Below, one piece after another: positions 23,808 through 33,174 of a stretch of DNA of 34,004 nucleotides. Origin of the DNA: a virus. A program made the position numbers and the translations under genes. The stretch lies in the IMG/VR virus record IMGVR_UViG_3300017724_000029; one strand, given 5' to 3'. Under the pieces are notes generated by a model. It made no database searches, had not been told where the DNA came from, and saw only the letters and a list, made by a program, of their open reading frames with translations. Within the stretch, counting starts at the first letter, position 1, and each line of letters opens with the position of its first letter.

Positions 23808-25387
23808 AAACCTTGCGCTCTTCCTGCTTGGAACAAGATGCTGCGTGTAAGAGGATCAGTAATCATATTCAAAAGGCCGGAAGGGATTTTTTGACCTGCC
23901 GCCCTCACCCCGCCTGCGATATCTTGCCCGACTCCTGCAACTTGACCTGCCCGATAAGCCGTCTCGCCAACTAATCTCGGAGAAGATCCGGCTGCCATTG
24001 TTGTTGCTACCGGCAAGTTACCAGATGCCGCCTGCTGTAGGGTAAGCGGTCCCATGCCAAATCTAGCAGCGCCCCTGGGCGCATACGGTGAAAGTGCTTG
24101 CCCAGCTAAACCAGCGCGGAATGGAACGCCACCAGAGGCTTGTAATTGATCTGCTAACCGTGTTCGTTGCCCATAGTTTGTTTGAACATTATCGCGCATA
24201 ACAGACTGCAATTTGCGTAACTGCGTATCCAAACTGGCCTTTGGATTAAGACTAAGCGTTCTTTCTATTTCGGTAATAAGTTCTGCGGCCTGACTATAAT
24301 CCTTCATCGCTTCTGAATAGACGGGAGCTTGCGCGCTAATTTCAGATCTAATTTGATCATAGATGCCTTGCACCGCCGCGCGAGCGTTGCGTTGCTCCAT
24401 TGGAATATTATCTATAATTGCGCCGACAGAACGCTTAAGTGCATCAACACCTTCTGCTGTGTGATAAAGGGCAGGGTCAAGTTGCGCCCATTCCATAATT
24501 TTGTCTTGAGCCTTTGCAATTGCTCTTGCTGCATTTTCGTCAGTAATTTGCCGACCAAATGTCGCGCGTTCCATCGCTTGTTCAGCAATGTCATATATAC
24601 GGCGCATCTGTATAGGCTCACGAGCCTTACCAACTTCCTGCATTTGTGCGCGATATCTTTGCATCATACGCTGACGCATCTGCGTTAATCCTTGCTTAGC
24701 GGCATCCACAACAACAAGAGGATCTCCCTGACCTCTCATCTGCGTTGTCAACATTTCGCCTCGCTCGCCACCCTCACGACCCGCCTCAAAGGCTTCTCGT
24801 ATTGGCGTTTCGCCAACTCCGGTCGTAACTCCTAAAGCAGATGCTGTGATTGGGCCAGCTTTACTGGCAACCTTTGCCGCTCCTTTCGCTGCTAATGCTG
24901 TCGGCTCTGTAACTGCCGCCGCTCGCGATAAGGTAGAGCCTACTCTACCCGGCACAGTCGCACCGCCGATACCGAATACTGTAGACACATCACCTAAAAA
25001 ACCGGCAGGGTCAGTCGCAAAAGTACGCTTTGCTTGCTCTACGCTTCCGTATCGATCAACGTACATCTGGCCAACTTGGCGTGCCAGCTCTCTACTTTCT
25101 GGGTCTTCACCAATAACTTGAACGACACTTTCTGGCAATGCCTCTTGCAGTGCTCCTGCACCTAAATCTAAAACTGTTTTTGCAGTATCTATTGGGCTGA
25201 GTGCTGCTCCGACAACATCAGAACCAAGCTGATACAAAGAGCTTGGCAAATTCATAAGCGCACTGCCGGCAACCTGCGCCGCAGTCATATTAGCTGGCTC
25301 TTCGCTTACGGCTACTTGAGGCTGAATTGTTGTATCGTCTGCTAGTAAGTTAGCGCTGAACTTTTTAATTATCTCCTCTTCTGTCAT
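23804..25387 (-). CDS. Presumed internal virion / ejection protein
   Basis: 527-aa Ala/Gly/Gln-rich ORF, ATGA-coupled to the portal gene. I recognise no enzymatic motif. Confidence 0.45.
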   Translation of the reverse strand: MTEEEIIKKFSANLLADDTTIQPQVAVSEEPANMTAAQVAGSALMNLPSSLYQLGSDVVGAALSPIDTAKTVLDLGAGALQEALPESVVQVIGEDPESRELARQVGQMYVDRYGSVEQAKRTFATDPAGFLGDVSTVFGIGGATVPGRVGSTLSRAAAVTEPTALAAKGAAKVASKAGPITASALGVTTGVGETPIREAFEAGREGGERGEMLTTQMRGQGDPLVVVDAAKQGLTQMRQRMMQRYRAQMQEVGKAREPIQMRRIYDIAEQAMERATFGRQITDENAARAIAKAQDKIMEWAQLDPALYHTAEGVDALKRSVGAIIDNIPMEQRNARAAVQGIYDQIRSEISAQAPVYSEAMKDYSQAAELITEIERTLSLNPKASLDTQLRKLQSVMRDNVQTNYGQRTRLADQLQASGGVPFRAGLAGQALSPYAPRGAARFGMGPLTLQQAASGNLPVATTMAAGSSPRLVGETAYRAGQVAGVGQDIAGGVRAAGQKIPSGLLNMITDPLTRSILFQAGRAQGL

Positions 25388-26772
25388 TACTTCTGCCCTC
25401 TGTTAAATTCATCTGCCATTTCATTGGCTGTTTCAACATTTTTAGCTGTGACAGATTTTCCAGATGGAAACACAACCGCATTACCGACGACAGTTGCCGA
25501 AATGCCTAATCGTCCTGCGCCTATACCAGAGGCCACACGTAACGCATTAATAACCGTTTCTCGATTCCTTCGTTTTTGCGCTATGACCACAGGAGAGTCA
25601 CCGGGAACTGGGAAATACTGCTTTTCAGCGCTATCAAACTCACTATCAGCAATTGCGGCACCAGATTCTCGTCTAAGGTTTGCGTTAATAAAGTCTCTCT
25701 TTGCCTGCTCATACCTTTTGTACTCTTCCGGCATTGCGTAACGCGCTAACCCAGTAGGATCTTTTTCTAGCATAGCATTACTAAAGCTTGTGCCCTGCTG
25801 CTCTAACAAGCCTTGGTCTGTTGGTTGTAATAAGATTCTGTGCGACTCTAATACGCGGCTATAAAATCCCGTCGCATTTGATTCTCCTTGAGTCAAAGGC
25901 TTACTAGCTGGGTCAGAAGCAGGATATCGGAGCCTCATAAATTCTTCAAAGCTACCTACGAAGCCTTCGTTTTCTTTGGCGTACTTATATTCTTTAATCA
26001 ATGAAGTGTCTGCCGGCTTATCGGGAGCACCCTCAATACCAATAACCTCGCCTGTAACTGCATTCAACTTGTACAAACGACCCTCTGGCAAGTTAGAGCC
26101 AAACATTTGATTAACTTCTTTGCCTGATTTAATGTCAAAATTTTCTATGCCAGACGCAAGTTGCGCAATTTCTTGTGGTGTTTTTTTAGGATAAGCGGCC
26201 TGTAAGGTGGCTATTTTTTGTTGCAGAGTTGTAGGTTGCCGAGTTTTGGCTTCATAGTGTTGCTGTAAAGCAAACTTTGCTAAATCAGGCTGCTGCTGAA
26301 TAAGATCAGCAAGACTTTCACTACCTTCTGCGCGCAGAAACGCCGCTGTTCGATTTGCTTGTTGTGCCTGTTGTCTGCCTGTTTGCACGCGCTCCGATCT
26401 TGCTTGCACTGACTTAACTAAATTAGAATCAGGCTGTAAGCGCATAGAGTTAAGGGCAGTTACAATCTGAGCGTTACGGACAGGGTCTTGCAGCGCATCC
26501 AAAGCACCTCGCCCTAACCGGCTTAACAATCCAGCTTGCTCTGGTTTGGCAGTAGTAGATCCGCCGCTCACAGATCTGGCCGGCTGCATGGCTTGTGCGC
26601 GAGCCGCCTCAAAGTTTTGCATTTGCTGTTGAGCTTGAGGCGTCATAGCTACCCTTGAGTTTGGTGCGCGACGTTGTTGTATCTGCTCCATCATTTGCAT
26701 CATTCTGCGCTCTTCATCATCACGCGCTGATGCTTTTGGTGGTACAGGCTGACCAGTCATCATCCCCGACAT
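25387..26772 (-). CDS. Presumed internal virion / ejection protein
   Basis: 461-aa ORF with a Q/M-rich N-terminus. It is TAATG-coupled. Confidence 0.45.
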   Translation of the reverse strand: MSGMMTGQPVPPKASARDDEERRMMQMMEQIQQRRAPNSRVAMTPQAQQQMQNFEAARAQAMQPARSVSGGSTTAKPEQAGLLSRLGRGALDALQDPVRNAQIVTALNSMRLQPDSNLVKSVQARSERVQTGRQQAQQANRTAAFLRAEGSESLADLIQQQPDLAKFALQQHYEAKTRQPTTLQQKIATLQAAYPKKTPQEIAQLASGIENFDIKSGKEVNQMFGSNLPEGRLYKLNAVTGEVIGIEGAPDKPADTSLIKEYKYAKENEGFVGSFEEFMRLRYPASDPASKPLTQGESNATGFYSRVLESHRILLQPTDQGLLEQQGTSFSNAMLEKDPTGLARYAMPEEYKRYEQAKRDFINANLRRESGAAIADSEFDSAEKQYFPVPGDSPVVIAQKRRNRETVINALRVASGIGAGRLGISATVVGNAVVFPSGKSVTAKNVETANEMADEFNRGQK

Positions 26773-26783
26773 AATTCTATCCT

Positions 26784-27104
26784 TTAAGCCATGCCTAAAT
26801 ATTTCATCATTTTAAAAATCATTTCTTTTTTATTTGCGCCGTCACCATTATCTGGTTGAGCGCCCATAATGCCTTGGCCGGAAACCATAGCAGGAATCTG
26901 CGGCTGTTGTAGTAAGCCTCCGCTAAACCCTAAAGCCTGTGGTTGTTGAACAGCAAACGGTTGAGCAATTTGTGCAGACGCAGCACCAACACTCTGAGCT
27001 TTTTGGCGAATTAATGCTTTTTTCTTTTCGTCTTCCATCAGCAAATCAAGCAAGCCTTTAAAAGCTTGTTTTTGTTGCGGAGCCTGTGAGTCTGTTGCAA
27101 CCAT
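26784..27104 (-). CDS. Small Q-rich virion-module protein
   Basis: 106-aa ORF inside the internal-protein block. Confidence 0.45.
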   Translation of the reverse strand: MVATDSQAPQQKQAFKGLLDLLMEDEKKKALIRQKAQSVGAASAQIAQPFAVQQPQALGFSGGLLQQPQIPAMVSGQGIMGAQPDNGDGANKKEMIFKMMKYLGMA

Positions 27105-27108
27105 ATCT

Positions 27109-28230
27109 TTATCCCATCAGTGACGCGCCAAGAGTCAGGTAATCGAACAACCCTGGCTGCTTAGATGTAGTGCTGGATTGCGGTGTTGGTGTTGCACCCA
27201 ATGCCTGAGCGTAGTAACCAAGCGCTTGTGCTGGATAGTTACGGAAGCCTTCAAACTGCTGACGTGCCGCATTCATGACTTGCTGTTGCAGTTGCTGCTG
27301 TAAAGCGCCCTGCTCCGCCATCTGCTGTTGTACTGTCTGACCCATACCGAAGCCTAAGTTAGCAAGCGATCCTAGCTGAGCCGCAGCGCCTAATCTCTGT
27401 TGTGATCCTGCCTGACGTGCCGCTTGGTTAGCAAGCTGTGCCTGCATACTTTGACCAAGACCAAACTCTTGAGCGCGTTGACCCATGCCGGCTTGAGCTT
27501 GTGCGGCTTGTAGAGCCTGACCAAAGCCTTGCTGTCTTAGCGCAGCAGATGTGCTTGCTCCTTGCTCTAATGCCTGACGCCCTAGCTCTGCTTGTTGAAT
27601 AGCTTCTCGAGAACCACCAAAAGCACGAGCGCCTTGAAACTGCGCCGCCAGTTGATTGGCCTGCATTTGGCGTTGACGCTCAATATCTCCCATTGCGCCT
27701 TGAACCACTTGCTGCTCATAGGGATTCTGGAATGCCTGTATTTGACTTGCAATGTCAGGAGCGCGGTATCCCATGCCCCTAACCTGCGACGGCATAAACC
27801 CTAGCTCTCGTTGTGCGCCACCCATTGCTTGGCCGATGCCGGTAGAGGCTTGCTGAAAAATGTCACCTTGTGGGGCGGCAGCAGGGGCCATAGGCTGGGG
27901 AGCAATTGGCTGTGGTATTTGGTTGGGCAAAGGCTTGACTGGCTGTATTGGAACGCCTGTAGGTGCCTTTATTTTTGTGGTGCCGGGTGCGCCTACATTC
28001 ATTGGTCCTCCGGCAGGATTAAACCCTCCGGTAGCCCCTGCAAATCCACCGCCTTGCATTGGTGGTTGTGTTGGTGCGGCTCCAGTTCCAAAAAGACCAA
28101 ATCCACTGTGCAGGCCTTGGTTTTGTGGTGCCAACGAAAAACTGAAGCCTCCGCGCCCTGAAGGGGAGTTTGGCGAAACATTGCCCTGTTGCATGGGCAT
28201 CGTTGCTGGTCCTGTTCCTGCTCCTGCCAT
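27109..28230 (-). CDS. Gly/Gln/Ala-rich presumed internal virion protein with an FG/GLFG-type N-terminal region
   Basis: 373 aa. The N-terminal 120 aa are low complexity (GGFSFS, SGFGLFGTG, GGGFAGATGGFNPAGGP, then a Pro/Gln stretch). The C-terminal part, NPYEQQVV...ARAFGGSREAIQQAELGRQ..., looks like a conserved domain. Confidence 0.5.
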   Translation of the reverse strand: MAGAGTGPATMPMQQGNVSPNSPSGRGGFSFSLAPQNQGLHSGFGLFGTGAAPTQPPMQGGGFAGATGGFNPAGGPMNVGAPGTTKIKAPTGVPIQPVKPLPNQIPQPIAPQPMAPAAAPQGDIFQQASTGIGQAMGGAQRELGFMPSQVRGMGYRAPDIASQIQAFQNPYEQQVVQGAMGDIERQRQMQANQLAAQFQGARAFGGSREAIQQAELGRQALEQGASTSAALRQQGFGQALQAAQAQAGMGQRAQEFGLGQSMQAQLANQAARQAGSQQRLGAAAQLGSLANLGFGMGQTVQQQMAEQGALQQQLQQQVMNAARQQFEGFRNYPAQALGYYAQALGATPTPQSSTTSKQPGLFDYLTLGASLMG

Positions 28231-28240
28231 GTTATTTACC

Positions 28241-30667
28241 TCAACCTTTTATCTTGATTGGACCGCGTACAGCGCCCACGTTAATTGGACCGCCAGCAGG
28301 GTCAAAACCACCTGTTACCTGCGGGTTGTATGATGTCTGCAATCCTACTAATTGGTTTTGTAGAGCTGCTATCTGGCCTGCCAGCCCTGACGGGTCAAAC
28401 TGAGGCACTTGACCTATGGCTGATTGATTAGCCGCTATTTGTTGTTGGAGTCCTGTAGGATCGAACCCTGGCGCCTGCTGAAGCGCGGTAATTTGCGACT
28501 GCAAGCCAGAAGGGTCAAACCCTGGCGTTTGTTGCAATGAGCTTATTTGTGATTGTAAGCCCGATGGATCAAACGGCTGAAGGCCAGAAAACTGTTGTTG
28601 CAATCCGCTTATCTGGTTTTGCAGTCCAGACGAATCGAACCCTGGCGTAGACTCTAATGCTCCGAGCCGGCCTAAAATGCCTGATGCGTCAAAGCCAGGC
28701 TGTTGTTGCAAAGAGGATATCTGTGACTGCAAGCCCGATGGGTCGAAGCCGGGTTGTTGTTGCAATGCAGAAATTTGGTTTTGCAATCCAGTTGGATCAA
28801 AGCCAGGACGTGTCTGTAAAGAACCTATTTGCTCTTGCAAACCACCTATCTGTCCCATGAGGCCACTAGGATCAAACGGAGTCATTCCTTCAAATTGGTT
28901 TTGTAGGCCCGAAATTTGCTGTTGCAAACCACTAGGATCAAACTGTTGCATACCGCCAATCTGGCCTTCTAAGCCGGATAAGCGAGACTGTAAGGCGCTT
29001 GGATCAAACGTATCTCTGCCACTTAAATCTCTTAGTTGAGCTTGGATATCACTTGGATCAAAAGGCTGAAATTGGCTGAACTGACCTTCAAGCCCGGCGA
29101 TTCTTTGCTGGATACCCGATGGATCAAATGCACTGCGTCCTTGCAAATCTTGTATTTGAGCTTGCAGATTTGAAGGATCAAACTGCGTCATTCCACCTAT
29201 TTGGCCTTGCAAGCCGGCAATTTGGTTTTGCAAAGATGAAGGATCAAATCCTTCTACATTACGCAAATCAGATATCTGGTTTTGCAGGTTAGTAGGATCA
29301 AACGGTGAGAAGCTTTCTACTCTGCCCCTTATATCTCCAAGCTGCTCGTAAATAGCAGTTGGGTCGAACTGATCTTGACCGCGAAGCTCGGACAACTGGT
29401 TTTGTATGTCACTTGGATCAAAGGGAGTCATGCCCCCTAGCCGTCCTTCGATACCTGCAATTTGCTGTTGAATTGATGATGGATCAAATCTTTCTATCCC
29501 TGTGAATTGGTTTTGTAATCCACCAAACTGATCCCGCAAACCTTCCAGTTGCCCCGCTAGGCCGCTGGGGTCAAATGGCGTCATGCTTCCCAATCGACCT
29601 TCAATGCCAGAAATTTGGTTTTGTAATGCGGATGGGTCAAACCTTTCGATGTTACCAAACTGGTCTTGCAAGCCGCCAAACTGATTCTGCAAACCCGCAA
29701 TTTGTCCCGCTAGACCACTTGGATCAAATTGTTGAATGCCACCGACCTGCCCCTCAAGTCCAGCAAGTCGAGCGGTCAAGTCAGTAGGATCAAATGCTTC
29801 GCGTCCACGCAATTCAGAAAGCTGGTTTTGCAAGTCACTTGGGTCGAATGGTTGGAATTGACTAAATTGACCTTCTAAACCAGCGAGCCTTTGCTGCATA
29901 CCGGACGGATCAAACTGCTCTCGCCCTTGTAGAGCTGTTAATTGGTTCTGTAAGTCAGAGGGGTCAAATTGTTGGAATCCCGATATTTGAGATTCTAAGT
30001 CTTGGAATCTATCGTCGTACTGTGGGTTGTAGATGTTTCCCTGATCAATGAATCCTCGGTTCTCTTCTATTGATCGTTGCATTTCCGCCATCTGAGCCGC
30101 AATGCTAGTTGGGTCGCTTGGATCTCCACCCATCGAGAACTGGTCTCGGCGGATATCGTACATAGGATCAGTAAAATCAAGCGATGGCACATCAAATAAA
30201 GGAGTTTCCGTACCGAACGCCACGTTTTCATCTGTGCCAGGCATATAGCCGGCATCCTGTCCCGGCACTGGCATGAAGTAGCCATCAAAATTTGGAACCA
30301 TCGTTGGCAAGGAAGTGTATTGACTAAATTGCGCGGGGCTTTTTGTTTGCAGGTCTTTTAGTTGTTGCTCGAATAGCTCACCAGAGCCATACCCTTGCAT
30401 GCCGCGATATAAAACATCTGGTGTTGGTATAGATGCTGTGGCGTCAAACCCCGGCCCTGCTAAACCGAAAGCTTGCCCAGCAGTTCCAGCACTTTGCATC
30501 GCTTGTGTTTGCAAAGGAGAAAAAGCCGCAACCTCTGGCCCATAATAGGGAAGGTATCCCATGCGAGCCGTGGCTTGAGCACGCCCCAAATTCTGTCTTG
30601 CAGCGTCTTCAATAAACCTAGGTATTTCTACCTGTGTAGTCTGACTGCCGCCTTTTCCACCTGACAT
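28241..30667 (-). CDS. FDPS-repeat protein (presumed internal/ejection protein or length-determining fibre)
   Basis: 808 aa. It has a 233-aa head, then 26 consecutive FDP(S/T)-initiated units (aa 234-787), and ends FDPAGGPINVGAVRGPIKIKG. Confidence 0.55.
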   Translation of the reverse strand: MSGGKGGSQTTQVEIPRFIEDAARQNLGRAQATARMGYLPYYGPEVAAFSPLQTQAMQSAGTAGQAFGLAGPGFDATASIPTPDVLYRGMQGYGSGELFEQQLKDLQTKSPAQFSQYTSLPTMVPNFDGYFMPVPGQDAGYMPGTDENVAFGTETPLFDVPSLDFTDPMYDIRRDQFSMGGDPSDPTSIAAQMAEMQRSIEENRGFIDQGNIYNPQYDDRFQDLESQISGFQQFDPSDLQNQLTALQGREQFDPSGMQQRLAGLEGQFSQFQPFDPSDLQNQLSELRGREAFDPTDLTARLAGLEGQVGGIQQFDPSGLAGQIAGLQNQFGGLQDQFGNIERFDPSALQNQISGIEGRLGSMTPFDPSGLAGQLEGLRDQFGGLQNQFTGIERFDPSSIQQQIAGIEGRLGGMTPFDPSDIQNQLSELRGQDQFDPTAIYEQLGDIRGRVESFSPFDPTNLQNQISDLRNVEGFDPSSLQNQIAGLQGQIGGMTQFDPSNLQAQIQDLQGRSAFDPSGIQQRIAGLEGQFSQFQPFDPSDIQAQLRDLSGRDTFDPSALQSRLSGLEGQIGGMQQFDPSGLQQQISGLQNQFEGMTPFDPSGLMGQIGGLQEQIGSLQTRPGFDPTGLQNQISALQQQPGFDPSGLQSQISSLQQQPGFDASGILGRLGALESTPGFDSSGLQNQISGLQQQFSGLQPFDPSGLQSQISSLQQTPGFDPSGLQSQITALQQAPGFDPTGLQQQIAANQSAIGQVPQFDPSGLAGQIAALQNQLVGLQTSYNPQVTGGFDPAGGPINVGAVRGPIKIKG

Positions 30668-30668
30668 A

Positions 30669-31037
30669 TCAAAGTTCCTTTGCTAATACTGTGTGCGCTA
30701 CTTCGTAGCCCTTATCCTTCAGCACCTTAGCCCAGCCTTTGCGTCCTGCGATGGTCATTGCAGTGCAACCGTTCATTCGTGCAAACTCAGCCGCAGAACT
30801 ATCCATCTCTACGATCTGCTCTAACTCTCCACCAGCAAGAAATATGTGCAATACCTTCTTGCCTGGGTACTTAATGATCTCCGTTACCGCGCACCCTTTT
30901 GGCGCTGGCCAGAACTGCATACGGCCTTCAGCTATGGCTTCAACGACGTCAGTAATAGTATGGGTGCCGCCCGATCTTTCTAATGCTGCTTGTAACCAAG
31001 GCTCACAGCGCACCAATTCTTCTACTATAGTCGCCAA
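30669..31037 (-). CDS. Conserved hypothetical protein
   Basis: 122-aa ORF. The C-terminal ...FARMNGCTAMTIAGRKGWAKVLKDKGY resembles a recurring phage family of unknown role. Confidence 0.5.
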   Translation of the reverse strand: MATIVEELVRCEPWLQAALERSGGTHTITDVVEAIAEGRMQFWPAPKGCAVTEIIKYPGKKVLHIFLAGGELEQIVEMDSSAAEFARMNGCTAMTIAGRKGWAKVLKDKGYEVAHTVLAKEL

Positions 31038-31042
31038 TTATA

Positions 31043-31702
31043 TCACCTATGCACTCTAATAATCGTTATCGTTGTTGCAGGGCAGGCCGGCTCATCTGAT
31101 ATCCCATTAGCAGCAAATGCTTTTAGTGACCCATTAATGCTGTCACACGCGGTAGCGACTTCTAAATAGTCGTTTGCAGTGGCGTGAATAATGACAGCTC
31201 GGCTTACGACCGTTGTTTCAGCATTTCCATGCAATGCGGCCCGCAATGTACTTCCAGTCATGTTCGTGCCGTTTTTCTTCGGCCAAAATACAAACTCTAC
31301 TGTGCTCGCTGAAGAACTAAATATTTGAGCCGAAAAGCTAACTAAGTAATACCCGGTCTCACTGAAAGTGATCCGCGTGCCATTGATTGGCAGCCCTTCG
31401 TTGTTAGAGTCTGCCGTGTAACTAAGTAAGTACGTGGTGTTGGCTGCTGTGTAAGCGTAATCAGACGTAATAACAAAATCGCCATGCCCATCGGCTAAAA
31501 CAATTTGCTTGAACTCGCCGCCACTTGATACTACGGGGTAGCCTGTAGAATCCCATAGAATGATTCCGTCATCTTTTGCGCTGTCCCCAGTTTCAAAGAA
31601 TGCAAGATGTGACCTTACTCGGCGTAGATAATCATTAAGGCGTTCGCCCCAAGGCTTCCACTCAGGGCCGCCAGGCGGCGGAGGGAATGCCCCTATGCTC
31701 AC
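31043..31702 (-). CDS. Possible receptor-binding protein with a C1q/TNF-like jelly-roll C-terminus
   Basis: 219 aa. GYYLVSFSAQIFSSS...VEFVFWPKKNGTNM...NDYLEV follows the strand pattern typical of C1q-like domains. This is inference from pattern only. Confidence 0.35.
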   Translation of the reverse strand: MSIGAFPPPPGGPEWKPWGERLNDYLRRVRSHLAFFETGDSAKDDGIILWDSTGYPVVSSGGEFKQIVLADGHGDFVITSDYAYTAANTTYLLSYTADSNNEGLPINGTRITFSETGYYLVSFSAQIFSSSASTVEFVFWPKKNGTNMTGSTLRAALHGNAETTVVSRAVIIHATANDYLEVATACDSINGSLKAFAANGISDEPACPATTITIIRVHR

Positions 31703-33174
31703 CGTCTTCCCCCAGTTTTAACATCCAGCCTCATGTTCCCTACGCGGAAGTCAGTTAGATCAGAGCCTGTAAGCCTCATACGAAGCTGTCTACCGGTAAA
31801 TCTTACGCTAGTAGGGCTTGCCATAGTAAATGGCCCGTGTGAGCTTTCTGTGGCGTTAGGATAAAACCTTGTCTTAAAAGTAGCCGTAACTTGGCCCTGT
31901 GTTTTTTCATCAGGGATAAGCTCAGTAACTCGTACCACGTTCTCGCCTTCACCTACGAATATCGGACCACTCTCTACAAAGATGTCATCACCGTCATGCG
32001 ATAAAGACACTTCGTGATCAAAGATATTTGCACTTGGATCGAACCACATTGGGTATCGGAACACACCTCGGTCAACTGCTGCTGTACGAGCTAAGTTACC
32101 AATCATCCAATAATTTTGCTGGTAGTTGTAAGAGACGTAGCGGTTGTTTTCTTGCGAGTCCCGAGACGGGTAAAACCACCACACCTCTCCGTATTGCGAG
32201 TTATGAACTGCGCATACCTTTGATGCTTGCGAGTTGTTAATATCATCAAACACGTAATCAGCAACGTCACAAGGAAGCTCTTGCACCGATGAACCGTTAT
32301 AAAGAAAGAACGACTTTTGTCCCATCCAAAACGCGCCCTCATCGACTGCTACGGCAGACTGCCGAGAAATGCCGCCACAGGCAGTCCCAGCACGCTCAAA
32401 ACCGTAGACCACGGGCGGCCCTGAGTAGGATGCTACGTGAGCATCAGTCGTTGTAATAATTAACGCACGCCCCCGAATACGAACGCCCTGCATGATCTTG
32501 CCAGACGTTTGTAGCTCCAAGTCACCGGCTTCGTTAGTGGCGGCAGGTGTCCATGTGTCAATATCTTCTCGATCGGACCATTGGACCTTACGTGGGTTGC
32601 CACCAGCACCAAGGCAGAATACAAACCTTTCCTCAGTCACCATGATAGATGTATTACCAGTTGGCGCGTTTGACACCACAGCGCCATCAGTAGCGTTATT
32701 TAACTGCCACTGGTAAAGCTTGCCGTCATCACTAGAACACGCAACTAAGTATTCACCCCAGTTATCAAGCGACCAAGTCGTACATTCTTGAGGAATGCCA
32801 GCTATACGAGCTGTACCAAAGTATTCTTGGCCATAGAAGTTGCCGCCATAACCTAAGTTTTCGATTGCGTTTACATTACCGCTAGTTAACCCGGCAGGCG
32901 TAATGTCAATAATCGTGTTGGAATCTATAGACGTGAACAAGCCATCCGCCGTGCCAAAAGCATAATGGATGTTCCCAGAGTTATCCAGCCACGTAACAGC
33001 GCCACGTGGTGGTTGTGCTGCCGCCGTGGCTTTCCTAGTGTCCCAACCGCCAATCGGTCGTAGAGAGTTGTTTCGCCATCTAATTAGGCTCGCATCTCTC
33101 CATCGACCGGCAGACTCTAAGTCTGTTCCGTTCCTTACAACCCCTGGCGGGATATCTAGCGTTATGAGAGGCAT
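31699..33174 (-). CDS. Tail structural protein candidate (beta-rich, nozzle or tubular type)
   Basis: 491-aa ORF rich in W/G/T/S and coupled to both neighbours. The call rests on position within the tail module only. Confidence 0.35.
   Translation of the reverse strand: MPLITLDIPPGVVRNGTDLESAGRWRDASLIRWRNNSLRPIGGWDTRKATAAAQPPRGAVTWLDNSGNIHYAFGTADGLFTSIDSNTIIDITPAGLTSGNVNAIENLGYGGNFYGQEYFGTARIAGIPQECTTWSLDNWGEYLVACSSDDGKLYQWQLNNATDGAVVSNAPTGNTSIMVTEERFVFCLGAGGNPRKVQWSDREDIDTWTPAATNEAGDLELQTSGKIMQGVRIRGRALIITTTDAHVASYSGPPVVYGFERAGTACGGISRQSAVAVDEGAFWMGQKSFFLYNGSSVQELPCDVADYVFDDINNSQASKVCAVHNSQYGEVWWFYPSRDSQENNRYVSYNYQQNYWMIGNLARTAAVDRGVFRYPMWFDPSANIFDHEVSLSHDGDDIFVESGPIFVGEGENVVRVTELIPDEKTQGQVTATFKTRFYPNATESSHGPFTMASPTSVRFTGRQLRMRLTGSDLTDFRVGNMRLDVKTGGRR

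Noticed and set aside
2984-28333. Long plus-strand ORFs in the track, for example 2984..3349, 6971..7345, 9008..9478, 11487..11864, 24329..24688 and 27860..28333.
   Set aside because: Each lies wholly antisense to a long, motif-supported minus-strand gene. None has a convincing Shine-Dalgarno site. Their translations are low-complexity mirror products (for example IGPPAG repeats opposite the FDPS repeats). No plus-strand promoter was found.
28300-30020. A regular 54-66-nt DNA periodicity that could be mistaken for a CRISPR or other non-coding repeat array.
   Set aside because: The periodicity lies inside one uninterrupted 808-codon ORF and reflects an 18/22-residue protein repeat. The units are degenerate at the DNA level, there are no unique spacers, and there are no cas genes.
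276-32342. Minus-strand ORFs nested out of frame inside larger genes, for example 276..500, 6590..6772, 7275..7595, 10657..10866, 20534..20845, 21017..21208, 23051..23449, 24412..24633, 27999..28181, 30067..30288 and 32103..32342.
   Set aside because: They are embedded in genes with clear family motifs (fibre, terminase-adjacent protein, NinG, scaffold, portal and others). They lack ribosome-binding sites, and their Cys/Arg/Trp-rich compositions are typical of off-frame translation.
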